Source: an uncultured delta proteobacterium (GTDB lineage Bacteria > Desulfobacterota > WTBG01 > CAIYCZ01). From it: a stretch of DNA of 64,000 bases. Of the stretch, positions 1 to 11,872 are shown piece after piece; the first letter of the stretch is position 1; each line of letters begins with the position of its first letter. The notes beneath the pieces were generated by a model. That model was not told the DNA's origin. It did no database searches and worked only from the letters and a program-made list of their open reading frames with translations. The position numbers and the translations under genes were made by a program. Location: contig CAWDOY010000045.1 in the NCBI GenBank assembly GCA_963803975.1, positions 32,001 through 96,000 of the forward strand, in the 5' to 3' direction.

Positions 1-3000
1 CATGTAACCACGGTTTTTATTGCGGCTTGCTGCGCGGCGGGTTTAACCTCAAGGGTCATGGTATCAGGGGTCACCACGATCGTGCCCGGCGTTGCGATAT
101 CGCACAGCTTTGCCTCTGTTGCCGCAATCGTAATTGCCTTATCAGCAAACATAACATTCGCATTGAACGGTTCCCATGTCAGGGCACCCTTGCTGAGCGA
201 CCGGGCGGCAACCCTGACGCTGCCGCGAAGCGGGGTTTCCCACAGCTCTTCCGGGCTGGTGGGAGCAGCGCCCTTCGTCAAAGCTTTTTCAGCAGCATCA
301 AGGTTTATGCTGTCTGACGCAACATCCATGTCAAGGACATAGCCCTGTTGCGTAAAGGTAACACTGCCCCGAGCATTAAGGTCACATTTCCCCACGCTGG
401 CGTCTACCGCATCAACCTGCAGTTTGTTACCCGTTGCTGCAACAGAAGCACTTTTGATCTGTACGGGCAGATTTTCAATCCCCGGGTATTGCACGTCCTT
501 CCATGCGAGGGTTCCGGTGGCAGTCGATTTTAACGGGTTCTTCTGGTCCATCTGCGCGGTGATATCTCCTTTGATCCAGCCGCGCACAAACTGGTTGTTC
601 ACCAGCAGGCGGTCAAGGGTTTCCCGGTCAATGGCTCCGCTATAGGCAACATCCACCCCGTCTTCTTTGATGCCCAGCCGCAGCAAGCTCTCTGCATTCT
701 CCCCGGAAATTTTCAGCTTTTTAATCTCCAGCACCTGCGGAGCAGACCGCAGCTCAAGTGAGACCTTTGGCCCGGTCCCGCGGGAAAAGTCTCCGCTGAA
801 CTCTGTTGCGCCGGTGCGGGCCCAGGTAATGCGTGATTTTGCAACTGACGAGCGGGGCGCGGGGCATCAGTTCTGCCGGAAAGCTGATATACTGCGCTAT
901 AGTTTCAAGAGACTTCTGTCCCAGCGATCCCCGGACAGCACAGCGCTAGCTTTTGTATGCCCTGCAGATAGCCGTCAAGAGTTAGTGACCCTTCAAGAGA
1001 GCTGTCCATAAGAGCAGTCCGTGCTAGCAGTGAGAGAAAATACGCGCTGGTCAGCACCTTCACGGCTGCCGCCTTTTATTTTTACCGGGCCATTCAGCAC
1101 GGCAGCAGCCAGGGTGACCTCCGGCATATCCGCCGTGCAGGGAGAACTTCCATGCTTCCGGGCTGAGCAGCGGCCCCTTTAACGTCAAAGCTGGTGAGCG
1201 CTATTGAACCGTTTGCGGAGTGTGATCTCCTGTATGATCTTCTGGTGGCAGGGAAGGAATTGAGCACCGGCAGCAGGTCATCAAGAACTATTGTTGCGCC
1301 TTTGGAGGTGATAGCAAAGCGCTGGTCATGTCGCAGGCTGAAGCTTGCCGAGACATCAGATATCTCCGAGCTGCCAAGCCTGCCGGTAAAGCTCCCTGAA
1401 TGCCAGGTCGCCATCGCGGTAGCATGCATGTTCCCCGGCGAAGCTCAAGCGGCGCGGGGAATGTGCGGTAGTCCGCCTGCAGGTTGAGCCTGCTGATGTC
1501 AACCTCTGTAATGTATGCGCTGTTTTCTTCGCTTAATCTGAACTTCCCCTCAGCTGTGCCACGGGGAGATTTGATGAGCGAAAGCTCCTTTTTTATAGTC
1601 AGGCACGGGAATGAGCCGCACCAGGGCGGGAAGCTGAGAAAGGTCGGCGGTAAACATAGTCTCAATCAGCACCGGCTTATACTGGCGGCCAAGATCAATC
1701 TTCAGGGTGGCGCTGTAGGCCCGGGAGTTTTCAAGGCGCGCCTGAAGATTTTTTGCTTCCAGCATTCCGTCCTGCATGGCTCAGCTCGCCGTTCACCTCC
1801 TGCAGGGAGAGCCCTGCTTCCGGGAGCAGGATGCTGCCGTCGGTAAAGCCTGCTTTCAGGACACGTATTGCTTATTCTCTATAAGGTTTGAACCCAGCGG
1901 CCCCTGTGCCTTAAAGAAAATGATCGGTGATGGTGCCGCCTTTCAGCCGGGCATTTATTTCTTTTACCAGGGGCTGGCTGCCGGCAGCAGCACGCAGCAC
2001 ATCTTGGCATGAGGCAAGGTCTATATTTTTTCCGTCAACCTCAAGGGTGATTTCACGGGATTTGTTGTCGATGGCGGCTTTACCCGCGGCCTGCAGCTGC
2101 GGATGGTCAAACTGTGCGGAAAAGGAAACGCGGGTACTGCGCGCATCAGCTTCCAGGGAAAGCTTGTTGAGCGTGCCGTTAATGACCTGCTGCGCTTCTG
2201 TTCCCTTAAGCGTCAGCTGCTGGATTGCGCTCGAGAGACTGGCGCGAAAGGCACCAGTCTTATCTGCGGTAAAGGTCAAGTGCTCCGTTTATCGCAGAGC
2301 TGCCGATTGGGATGACGCCGGGGAAAAAGCAGTCAATGATGGGTTTGGCTGTCAAGATGAGAAAAAGAAAGGGTGCCTTCAATGCCCGGGTCGCTGATTC
2401 CTGCGGTAGCCTTAAGCGTCAGGGTTTCCCAGAGATTCGAGGCGCACACGGCGCTGACCGCTGCCCGGCCTGCGGATACATCCAGGGCAGCGCTGATATT
2501 ACTGAAACTAAAAAGGGTGCGCTCAGGGGAGCTGAAGCGCAGCGTGCCCCCGTCAATCATCAATGAACACGGAGGAACTTTCTCCGCCAGGGACGCGATC
2601 GCGACAACAGCCTGCTGCTGCATTGAGGCAACAGAAAAATCTGTCGCCAATGACGCTGCAGGCATTTTTCTCTCCGGCAGGGGAATGCTCACCTCCGGTG
2701 CTTCAAGGCTGATACGGGCCGGCTGTATGTCTCCGCTCAGAAGGGGCAGCAGCGCAGGATAGACCGATGCTTTTTTTATACTGGCCGAAGCCCCGCCAGT
2801 GAAGGCCAGGGACACCCCGTGCGCCACAACACAGGGCCGCGGAAGCAGGGACAGGGCGACACGCTCTACCCGCGCGTCAGCATTGAGGGAGCGGGAGAGC
2901 TCCTGGATAATTTTCCCCTTGATGTATTTCTGATCAATGAGCAAAGGAGCAAGCAGGGTAAATGTTATGAGCAGCAGCACAAGGGCCGCTGCACATGATA

Positions 3001-3034
3001 GGGGAATAATTAATCTCTTTTTACCCATGATCAT
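1..3034 (-). CDS. Large AsmA/YhdP-like envelope protein, split by several frameshifts, 3' end outside the window
   Basis: N-terminal membrane anchor and AsmA-like start (ORF 2333..3034: ...LLAPLLIDQKYIKGKIIQELSRSLNADARVERVALSLLPRP). Beta-strand-rich pieces continue in other minus frames (1911..2279, 1550..1777 and onward). 820-1070 is heavily garbled. Confidence 0.6.
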
Positions 3035-3136
3035 ACTTTTGCGGTGTTACCTAAGGTGAGAAAGCGGAGAGAGAAATATAATATTTAAATTTAAAAAGGG
3101 CATACAGCCAGACAGGCCGCAAACCCTTTTATTTTC

Positions 3137-3224
3137 TGGTGCCGGCGGAGAGACTCGAACTCTCAAGGGCGCAGGGCCCGGGGGATTTTGAGTCCCCTGC
3201 GTTTGCCAGTTCCACCACGCCGGC
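3137..3224 (-). tRNA. tRNA-Leu(CAA)
   Basis: Reverse complement reads GCCGGCG...TGGCAAACGC-AGGGGA-CTCAAAA-TCCCC-long variable arm-GAGAGTTCGAGTCTCTC-CGCCGGCA-CCA. Acceptor stem, CAA anticodon, TTCGA loop and encoded CCA are all present. Confidence 0.97.
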
Positions 3225-3240
3225 GTATTAAAAAGCTGAA

Positions 3241-3303
3241 CAGCTTTCAGCAATCAGCTGTCAGCAAAAGTACTATCTGGCTGAACGCTGATAACTGAAG
3301 GCT
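3241..3303. repeat. 7-nt periodic inverted-repeat element (TCAGC/GCTGA family)
   Basis: cagcttt-cagcaat-cagctgt-cagc ... gctgaac-gctgata-actgaag-gct, between uvrB and the tRNA. Confidence 0.7.
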
Positions 3304-3332
3304 CAAATGCTTCTCAATGAAAAATAGGCAAT

Positions 3333-5339
3333 TCAGGCTACATTGTCAAGATATTTGAGCTCTGTCTGCTCAAGGCGCATGATGCGGTCTCGCAGTTCTG
3401 CAGCCCGCTCAAATTCAAGGAGTTTTGCTGCCTCAACCATCTCTTTCCTGAGCTTCTTGAGCAGCTTAGGCACCTGTTTTTTGGTAATATACGGCACTTC
3501 CGGCTCTGCAGCAACGGGAATGGTAACATAGTCTTTCTCATACACCGAGCTCATGATGTCCGTGACCGCCTTGCGAATTGATTCCGGGGTGATGCCATGC
3601 TCCTGATTAAATCGCTCCTGCAGCTTCCTCCGGCGATTGGTCTCGTTTAGCGTTGCCTCCATGCTTCTGGTTACCACGTCTCCGTAGAGAATTACCCTGC
3701 CCCGCACATTGCGCGCTGCCCTGCCGCACACCTGAATCAGGGAGCGCTCAGACCGTAAAAAGCCCTCTTTATCTGCATCAAACACCGCTACCAGGGAAAC
3801 CTCCGGCAAATCCAGCCCCTCGCGCAAGAGATTTATGCCGATCAGCACATCAAATTTCCCAAGGCGCAGGTCGCGAATTATGCTGACCCGCTCCAGCGTA
3901 TTAATTTCAGAATGGAGATACTGCACCTTAATGCCAAGGTCTGCATAATACGCGGTCAGGTCCTCTGCCATCCTCTTGGTAAGCGTTGTTACCAGCGTCC
4001 GCTCCTGTGCCGCAACCTGCTTGCGCAGCTCTCCATACAGGTCATCCACCTGCCCCGTTACCGGGCGCACTTCAATGGCCGGGTCAATGAGACCGGTAGG
4101 CCGAATAATCTGCTCCACCGCTTCCCCCTGACATCTATTCATCTCATACTCAGCAGGAGTAGCTGAGACATAAATTATCTGGTTTACCTTCTTCTGAAAC
4201 TCCTCGAAGGTGAGCGGCCGGTTATCAAGCGCCGAGGGGAGGCGAAACCCGTATTCCACCAGCGTCCTCTTCCGTGACCGGTCACCGTGATACATGCCAT
4301 TGAGCTGCGGGATGGTAATATGGCTCTCATCGATAAACAGGAGGAAATCTTCGGGGAAGTAGTTGAGCAACACATAGGGCGGCTCTCCCGGCTGCCTGCC
4401 GTCGAGATGGCGCGAGTAGTTCTCAATGCCATTGCAGTACCCCATCTCCTCCATCATCTCCAGGTCAAACCGCGTCCGCTCCCTGATGCGCTGGGCCTCT
4501 AATAGCTTGTTCTGGGATTTAAGGAACTTGATGCGCTCATCAAGCTCTTCTTTTATATTCTGTATGGCGCGCTTCAGGTTGTCACGGGTTGTGACGTAAT
4601 GGCTGTTGGGATAGATGTGCACATGGGTGAGGGGGCGTACCACCATGCCGCGAATTGGGTCAACCTCGCTGATTGTTTCCACCATGTCGCCGAAGAATTC
4701 CAGGCGGATGGCCTTGTCTTCTGCATAGGCAGGAAAAATTTCCACGATATCTCCCCGCACCCTGAAGGTTCCGCGGTGAAAATCAAAGTCGTTCCGCTCA
4801 TACTGAATTTCCACCAGCCGCGCAAGAATCTCATCCCGGGCAATATGCGCCCGGTCTTTCACCAGCACCAGCATCTCCTGATATTCCTGCGGAGAGCCAA
4901 GGCCGTAGATGCAGGAAACACTGGCCACGACAATCACATCCCGCCGTGACAGCAGGGATGAGGTGGACGCGTGACGCATGCGGTCGATTTCCTCATTGAT
5001 GGAGGAATCCTTTTCAATGTAGGTGTCTGACTGGGGTATATACGCTTCCGGCTGGTAATAATCATAGTAGCTGACAAAATATTCCACGGCATTTTCAGGA
5101 AACAGCTCCTTGAACTCGCCATAGAGCTGCGCTGCCAGCGTCTTGTTCGGAGCAATAACCAGGGTCGGCTTCTGCACCTCCTGGATGACATTGGCCATGG
5201 TGAAGGTCTTGCCTGAGCCGGTCACCCCCTTAAGCACCTGCTGCTTTTTCCCTCCCTGCACGCCATCGCTCAGTTTCTTTATTGCCTGGGGCTGATCGCC
5301 CTGGGGAACGTATTGGGATATGAGATTAAATGCTGTCAT
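3333..5339 (-). CDS. uvrB: Excinuclease ABC subunit B
   Basis: 668 aa; [11 protein letters not shown]alker [33 protein letters not shown]-terminal UVR domain ([13 protein letters not shown]). Confidence 0.99.
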   Translation of the reverse strand: MTAFNLISQYVPQGDQPQAIKKLSDGVQGGKKQQVLKGVTGSGKTFTMANVIQEVQKPTLVIAPNKTLAAQLYGEFKELFPENAVEYFVSYYDYYQPEAYIPQSDTYIEKDSSINEEIDRMRHASTSSLLSRRDVIVVASVSCIYGLGSPQEYQEMLVLVKDRAHIARDEILARLVEIQYERNDFDFHRGTFRVRGDIVEIFPAYAEDKAIRLEFFGDMVETISEVDPIRGMVVRPLTHVHIYPNSHYVTTRDNLKRAIQNIKEELDERIKFLKSQNKLLEAQRIRERTRFDLEMMEEMGYCNGIENYSRHLDGRQPGEPPYVLLNYFPEDFLLFIDESHITIPQLNGMYHGDRSRKRTLVEYGFRLPSALDNRPLTFEEFQKKVNQIIYVSATPAEYEMNRCQGEAVEQIIRPTGLIDPAIEVRPVTGQVDDLYGELRKQVAAQERTLVTTLTKRMAEDLTAYYADLGIKVQYLHSEINTLERVSIIRDLRLGKFDVLIGINLLREGLDLPEVSLVAVFDADKEGFLRSERSLIQVCGRAARNVRGRVILYGDVVTRSMEATLNETNRRRKLQERFNQEHGITPESIRKAVTDIMSSVYEKDYVTIPVAAEPEVPYITKKQVPKLLKKLRKEMVEAAKLLEFERAAELRDRIMRLEQTELKYLDNVA

Positions 5340-5871
5340 AACGGTTAGGTAGGTTATATGGTCACGGTGTTTGTTTTTATTTAATTAAATAGCATTTTTA
5401 ATCAGTAAGGTGGAAGCACATTATTAATCATGCACGATGGGATTGCTTTCATGGAAAATTTTCTACACAATTGGCTTGGTGAAAACAATTGTTTCTGTCG
5501 TCGAGGGTATAATTCTGGACATTATAAGAACTAAATGATATAATTTAAAATATATCCTGATGGTTATGTAAATATTTTACGATAACATGGTCTTATATTG
5601 GTGGTTATAAAACCGGGCATATAGAGAAGCACGATAACGGGCAAGAGCAGTTTTATATAGTGCAAATAGGTACTGCCTTCAAATTATACTCCCCTGATTG
5701 TATCTTCGGTATTATTGTACTGCTGTATGGTCTGTTCTGCAATTCCGTGTTATAAAATAATGATGGTAAAATAAATAAGCTCCATATTTCAAGTTTCTTT
5801 CTTAAAGTTTATTTACCGCGCTTTCGATAAGGGATGCTAAATATTCTCTATAAATTAAACTATTTTTATCT

Positions 5872-6502
5872 ATGAAAAATAAATTATTATACCGCATGCC
5901 ACTTGTTTTCTATTTTATACTATTTTTATTCCAAGCTGTCTCTTGCTCAAAAACAGGGTATCAGATTATCGACCGGGATGACACCATGTTAGCCGCGCTT
6001 CATCAAAATAAACCCTATGTACTGGGGTGCGGTGATACGCTGAAGGTGACGGTATGGAGACACGAAGAGACGTCTGCCGATGCGGTGATAATGCCGGATG
6101 GGAAAATTTCCCTTCCTCTGGTTGGTGAGGTCGCTGCAGCAGGGTTGACGGTTGATGAATTAAAGGATGAGTTAAACAGGAAATATAGTGAATATATAAC
6201 GGAGCCGCATATTACGATAACCGTTAAGGAAACTAACAGTCTCAAAATATATGTATTGGGAGAAGTTACGCGTCCAGGTGAATTAAAATTGAATTCTTAT
6301 ACTGATGTGCTTCAGGCGATTTCCATGGCCGGGGGCTTTACCATATATGCAAATAAATCCACTATAGATATTATCAGAAAAGAAGGGGACAAAAAGATTA
6401 AAATTAATTTTAATTATAATGAGGTGGTTAAGAGGTAAAAATTTAAATCAGAATATCCCCTTAAGGCCTGGTGATGTAATTGTGGTTTCTGAATCATGGT
6501 GA
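5872..6502 (+). CDS. Polysaccharide export lipoprotein (Wza/Poly_export plus SLBB), one frameshift near 6430
   Basis: Signal peptide with Cys (AVSCS); YVLGCGDTLKVTVW, PDGKISLPLVGEV.AAGLT; C-terminus GKNLNQNIPLRPGDVIVVSESW* in a shifted frame. Confidence 0.88.
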
Positions 6503-6597
6503 GCGCAGTATTCTTGAGAAGTATATCTCTGGGTTGCTTTTAGTTGAGAACCGATTAACACTAAAAATGATATGCTTATTACTCAAACAGAATATTC

Positions 6598-7919
6598 ATG
6601 AAGCAGGCCAGTTTAAGCAAGGGAAAACTAATTGTCTGTTGCATTCTCCATACAATACTATTTTCCCTGCTTCAAATTATTTATTGTGACTGCATATGGG
6701 CTTTATATGTAGAGCTAAAGCCGACTCTTGTGCTGGCGGCTCTATTATGAAGATAATGTTACGGTAATATCAAAACAGCAAGAAAAACAAGGACTTCATA
6801 AGGAACCAGACTTCAGCAATAGATATGAGCCGGCACTGGAATTCAAAATTGAAGGTCCGCGTGTTGCGATAAGAGGAAAAACAAAGGTGCGGGTGCGCCG
6901 GTATTTTAGTTTGAAGGGTTGGGACGGTACTGATAAGGATTATAACATTGAAAGCATCTTCAAAATCAGTCCCCGATCAGAACTTAACTTTGGGCGCAGC
7001 TTACAGCCTGAATACTGATACAGAACAGATATTTTACCACCGAACAGGGGGTTCCCAGCGGGGTGTTAGTCCGGAGATCACAAAATATAACGAAGATTTA
7101 TACCGGAAGCTATACGCTACATGCTTTCGCCCAAGGGTACTTTGGGGCTTATGTTTAGTTATTCAACCTTTTCTACCCAGTGTATCCAGCGGAAGCCCTG
7201 TTTACTCTTACATGCTCAACTATGATTATATTTTAAACACAAAAGATTCTCTTAATGTGTCGCTGGGATACAGCAACTTGCAATTTAATTATACCATCGC
7301 TGAGACGTTATTTAATTACGAGCTGGACAATTACACCATAAGCACCGGGTTAACGCATAAATTCAGTGACACATTTCAAGCTGAAATTTTCTGTTGGATT
7401 GAATTATTCCGATACAACATATCAAAATGCAATTTTTGAAGAGGACCCATCAACGGGTGAACAGGTTTTAGTGGGGACTGAATCTGTATCAAACTCAACA
7501 ACGGGAACGAACTTTGATCTTCAATTAGAAAAAAAATATTACCATACGACATTTCGCTTTACGGGAGCTCAGTCCTTATATACCGACCCCGAAACCGGAC
7601 AAACATATCCCACGCGCAGATTTTGGTTTTCATATAAGTTATGATTTCACAGCAAAATTATACGGCGATCTTCAGCTGGTCTTTTTTTCAATAATAAATC
7701 GTCGGCCGGTGATTATAATAACAGAGTAAGCATTGATAGATCAATCGAATTATAGCACATTACAGATAAATTACCGCTATAAACCCAATATCAACTTATC
7801 CCTGGGGTACAGTCGCACTATACTCTGAAAACAAAACCGCCGCTAATAATGAAACAACAAGCAACAGAATTTACCTGCAATGCTCCTTTGCATTACAGAG
7901 ACCCTTTATAGTGAGGTGA
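6598..7919 (+). CDS. Putative outer-membrane beta-barrel protein of the EPS export module (multiple frameshifts)
   Basis: Fragments with alternating Tyr/Ser/Thr/Gly beta-strand pattern (YEDNV..., LNVSLGYSNLQF, ISTGLTHKFS, LSLGYS..., NRIYLQCSFAL). Lies between wza-like and wzc-like genes. Start is approximate. Confidence 0.55.
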
Positions 7920-7929
7920 TGTAAACACC

Positions 7930-9598
7930 ATGTTATTTGAGTCTGAATTAGCTAAATATATTAATATCGCAAAAAGAGGAAAGAAGATCATATTGATTAG
8001 CATACTTGCTTCTCTCATTATTGGATCTGCGATAGCTTTCAGCATAACGCCAGTTTACCGAGCGCAGGCAACCCTCTACTATCTTTCAGCACAGATACCA
8101 GAGGCGATGCTCATAAGTTTTGTCAATGTGTGGTTAGAAGCTGCCGTTCAGTTTGTTCAATCTAGCATTTTCACGCGAGATAAATGTTTAGAGATTATCA
8201 AGGAAGTAAACTTATATCCTGCCCTTGTAGATAAGCTCCCTGCAGATGATTTGGTTGCCCAGATGAAAGATCATTTTGGTAGCGAAAATATGTATGTAAA
8301 CACTAGTGGGACCGGCGGAAGCACAGAAGAAGTAATGACCGGGGTTAAATTCTATTTTGAAGACTCATCCCCTAAAAAAGCATTTGAGGTTGCAACCATT
8401 CTTGCCTCTGCGTATATTGATAACTACAGAAAATTCAGAGAATCATTTGCCACAGTTACTTCTTCATTTTTGCTTGATGAGCAGTACCGGCTGAAAGCAG
8501 ATATAGCAAAGATTGATCAAACACTTTCTGAATACAAAAACAAACATGTACATGAACTTCCAGAGCTGCTTACATACAATTTTCAGAAAAATAGAAGAGC
8601 TAGAACAACAATCGCGAAATCTGGACAAGGATTTCCAGGTTCTAATGGAACGCAAGATACTTATTGAAGGGCAGCTCGTTCAAATACAGCCCACTACCCC
8701 TCTGGAAGGGATTTCAGGAGAGAAAATTGTAACGCCTGAAGAAAAACTGGCAACCCTCAAAACAGAGCTTGTAGTGCTGCAAACCCAGGTTTCTGAAAAG
8801 CACCCGGATATCATTCGAGTAAAACGCGAGATCGAGGGTTTAGAAAAAGCAGGGATCACTAAACAACAAAAGGCACCTGTGCAGAATGATAAAGAAAAAC
8901 AAGTATCTTCTCGAATAAAAAGGCTGGGCCCTTTGGCGGAGCTCGGATCCTACAATCCGGCCTACGTGAATTTAGTAACGCAAATAGATGATATCGATGC
9001 TCAAATAAAGTCTATAGATATACAAAAAGAGAAGATTGCGAGTGAGATAGAAAAATATAAACAACGGTTTGAAAAAACGCCATTGATAGAAAAGGAATAT
9101 AATGTCCTTGTCAGAGATCGCGATACTTCACAAAAAAGATATGAACAATTAGTCAGTCAGGCATTACAGGCTGATAGCTCTGCGGCAATGGAAAAGCGAG
9201 ACGTGGGAGGAAAATTTATTTTAACTGAGCCGCCTGCATTTCCCTTCAAGCCAATAAGACCAGATCGATTATTGATTATAGGCACCTCTCTCATTATCGG
9301 TATTGTCGCAGGTTTTTTAATAATCTTTTCTTGGGAATTTTTAAATTTGAAAGTGCGGACGGTTCAGGACTTAACAGAAGTGTCCTCTTCTGCGGTGCTT
9401 TTAGAGCTTCCTGAAATTCCCCGTGATGAACAAAAACAGACCCGCAATGTCAGAAAGCTGGCGATTCCTCTTATCATCATGATTCTGGTCCCGGTAGTGC
9501 TGTTTGCCGTCAATAATTACTTTTCGCTGGAGCTGGATATTAAAGTTATCAAAATAATAGAAATAATAAAAAAGCAAATGATCATATTCGGTCTATAG
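7930..9598 (+). CDS. Polysaccharide chain-length determinant (Wzz/Wzc membrane component), frameshift near 8590
   Basis: N-terminal TM plus PVYRAQA, long coiled coil, SEKHPDII, P..P.KP.RP motif before the second TM. Joined from ORFs 7930..8667 and 8513..9598. Confidence 0.88.
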
Positions 9599-9606
9599 CG
9601 GGTGTT

Positions 9607-10401
9607 TTGATTATGAGTAAAATTAAAGATGCGTTAGAGAAGGCAAAACGGATGAGAGGGTTGTCAGCGCCGTTTCTTTTAATAGATGACGGAACTGCAG
9701 CTAAAAACGAGGAAGTCTCCCAGCGCACCCATACTAAAATAGTTGACTATGATAAAGATGCGGTGGTGCGGCATAATATCGCGACGCTCACAGCAGATCC
9801 GTACCGCGTGAGTGAACGGTTTAAACTGTTCAAGACCCAGATTCTTACCAAAACCCAGATAGCTGGAGATCGTACCATTCTGATAACGAGCTGCACTGAT
9901 GGCGAAGGAAAAACATTTACCGCCATTAATCTGGCCGTTATGTTTGCCCGGGAAGTAGATCAGACCGTGCTGGTGGTTGATGTGAACCTGAAGAACCCGG
10001 GCATTTTACCGGCATTTGGTATTGACTCCAGGGAAGGATTAACCGACTATCTCCTGCATAATAAACCTCTGGCTGAGATATTAATTTGTCCCGGAGTTGA
10101 AAAGCTGACCATCCTGCCGGCAGGCAATTCCATCCAGCGCTCTGCCGAAATGCTGGGGTCGTTAAAAATGCAGCGTTTAATTGCAGAAATGAAAAGTCGC
10201 TACCACGACCGATACATCTTTTTCGATGGTCCGTCAATAATGACCTCTGTTGATGCGCTGGTTCTGTCAAAATATATCGATAGAACCCTGTTAGTGGTAG
10301 AAGCAGGGAAAGTCTCGCCCTCCCAGCTGAGCAAATCAATTAATCTTATAGGCGAAGATAAGATACTGGGAACAGTTTTAAATAAAGGGAATCCCGCCTA
10401 A
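9607..10401 (+). CDS. CpsD/CapB-family (BY-kinase-like) P-loop ATPase
   Basis: MSKIKDALEKAK start, ITSCTDGEGKTF Walker A, VLVVDVNLKNP Walker A', YIFFDGP Walker B, GTVLNK end. Confidence 0.9.
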   Translation: MIMSKIKDALEKAKRMRGLSAPFLLIDDGTAAKNEEVSQRTHTKIVDYDKDAVVRHNIATLTADPYRVSERFKLFKTQILTKTQIAGDRTILITSCTDGEGKTFTAINLAVMFAREVDQTVLVVDVNLKNPGILPAFGIDSREGLTDYLLHNKPLAEILICPGVEKLTILPAGNSIQRSAEMLGSLKMQRLIAEMKSRYHDRYIFFDGPSIMTSVDALVLSKYIDRTLLVVEAGKVSPSQLSKSINLIGEDKILGTVLNKGNPA

Positions 10402-10473
10402 CTGCACAGCATCCCTTCATGTGTCAGCTCCCTTTCTCTGCGATATGCGGTCATCAAAGCAAGGGTCTTACGT

Positions 10474-11664
10474 ATGTACGAAAATTTTTATGGATTTAAA
10501 GAGAAGCCCTTCAGCCTCCTGGCAGATCCTGCCTTTTTATATCTGAGCAAGAAACATGAACTGGCCCTGAACTATCTGGAGTACGGGCTGTCAGAGCAGG
10601 CAGGTTTCATTGTTATTACGGGCGAAGTTGGTTCGGGTAAAACAACACTGATTAAGTACCTGATCAACAAACTGGACAAGGCTTCTATAAAAATTGCCAT
10701 GCTTTTTAATACCAACATCAGCCCACACGAATTTTTGGAAATCGTATTAAAAGAATGGGATATCACTTGCACGGGAAAAGAAAAAACAGACCGCTATGAA
10801 GCACTCACCGGTTTTCTCCTCCAAGAGTATGTTAAGAAAAACAAGGTGGTACTGATTATTGATGAGGCACAGAACCTTTCTTCCGAAACCCTGGAAGAGA
10901 TCCGGATGCTCTCAAACTTGAATGATGAAAAGCAGCCCCTCTTCCACATCATCCTTCTCGGACAGCCGAACCTGCGTGACCGGCTAAACCAGAAGGCACT
11001 GGAGCAGCTGCGCCAGAGAATTTCGATACACTATCATCTTGACCCCCTGGACTTTGATGACGCGGCGCAGTATATCACCCACCGCCTCAAGAAAGCAGGA
11101 TCCCAGCATGCAGATATTTTTATGCCTGCTGCGCTGGAAAGCATTTATCAGCATTCCCGGGGAATCCCCCGTGTGATCAACATTATCTGTGATACGGCGC
11201 TGGTATACGGTTTTGCCGATGGTGCTGAAAAAATTGATAAAACAATCATTGAAAATGTGGTGGAAGAGCGGATAAAAGGAGGATTGATTTTCCTTGAAGA
11301 GACAGCCCGTTCCACCACTGCCCCCCGGCAGTCTCAGGATAATGGCCCGGGTAGAGAGCTCGAAGAAATAAAAGAGCACTATGCCGCCCTCAATAAGAAT
11401 ATTTTTGAGCTGACCCTGCTGGTAAAAAAGTTATATGCAGAAAAAGAGCCTTCTAAAAAAGCACCGCCGAATGCGGTGCATAAATCCAGAAAGCTTTCTG
11501 GCAACACTGAAAAAAAGCGGCGACTGCCGGCGAATAAAAAACTTAACCAAGAAATGAGCGTGCTCCGGGATCGAGTTAAAGGCCTGGAGAAAAAGCTGCA
11601 CAAAAATAATACCGCCGGTAGACGGGCGGTCTCGCGGTTGCTCGTAAAAACACTGGGACGATAG
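10474..11664 (+). CDS. ExeA/GspA-like AAA ATPase of the type linked to EPS/PEP-CTERM clusters
   Basis: MYENFYGFKEKPFSL.DP.F, TGEVGSGKTT, LIIDEAQNL, LGQPNL, SRGIPRVINIICD. Confidence 0.9.
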   Translation: MYENFYGFKEKPFSLLADPAFLYLSKKHELALNYLEYGLSEQAGFIVITGEVGSGKTTLIKYLINKLDKASIKIAMLFNTNISPHEFLEIVLKEWDITCTGKEKTDRYEALTGFLLQEYVKKNKVVLIIDEAQNLSSETLEEIRMLSNLNDEKQPLFHIILLGQPNLRDRLNQKALEQLRQRISIHYHLDPLDFDDAAQYITHRLKKAGSQHADIFMPAALESIYQHSRGIPRVINIICDTALVYGFADGAEKIDKTIIENVVEERIKGGLIFLEETARSTTAPRQSQDNGPGRELEEIKEHYAALNKNIFELTLLVKKLYAEKEPSKKAPPNAVHKSRKLSGNTEKKRRLPANKKLNQEMSVLRDRVKGLEKKLHKNNTAGRRAVSRLLVKTLGR

Positions 11665-11668
11665 GGAT

Positions 11669-11842
11669 ATGAAGGAATTGATACATAGGATTCAGAGCAA
11701 AAAGGCCCGCATTGGCGTGATCGGACTGGGCTATGTGGGGCTTCCTCTGGTAATACGGTTTTGCGAAGAAGGCTTTACGGTCACGGGCTTTGATATTGAT
11801 CCGGCTAAAGTAGCGTCAATCAATGCCGGCAGTAAAAGATAA
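11669..11842 (+). pseudogene. Truncated nucleotide-sugar (UDP-GlcNAc/UDP-glucose type) dehydrogenase, N-terminal 57 aa only
   Basis: My translation: MKELIHRIQSKKARIGVIGLGYVGLPLVIRFCEEGFTVTGFDIDPAKVASINAGSKR*. The GLGYVGLP Rossmann motif is clear, and there is no room for the rest before smpB. Confidence 0.85.
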
Positions 11843-11872
11843 GAAGAAGTTTGCAGGAAAAGTTGTCGGGGC

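Noticed and set aside
820..1070. Odd-looking stretch inside the AsmA-like gene as a possible insertion
   Set aside because: Short protein-like runs continue on the minus strand across shifting frames and no terminal repeats are visible, which fits a low-quality segment.
3137..3224. tRNA-Leu as integration site for the AT-rich EPS module
   Set aside because: The tRNA 3' end points away from the module, uvrB lies between them, and no integrase or duplicated 3' end was seen.
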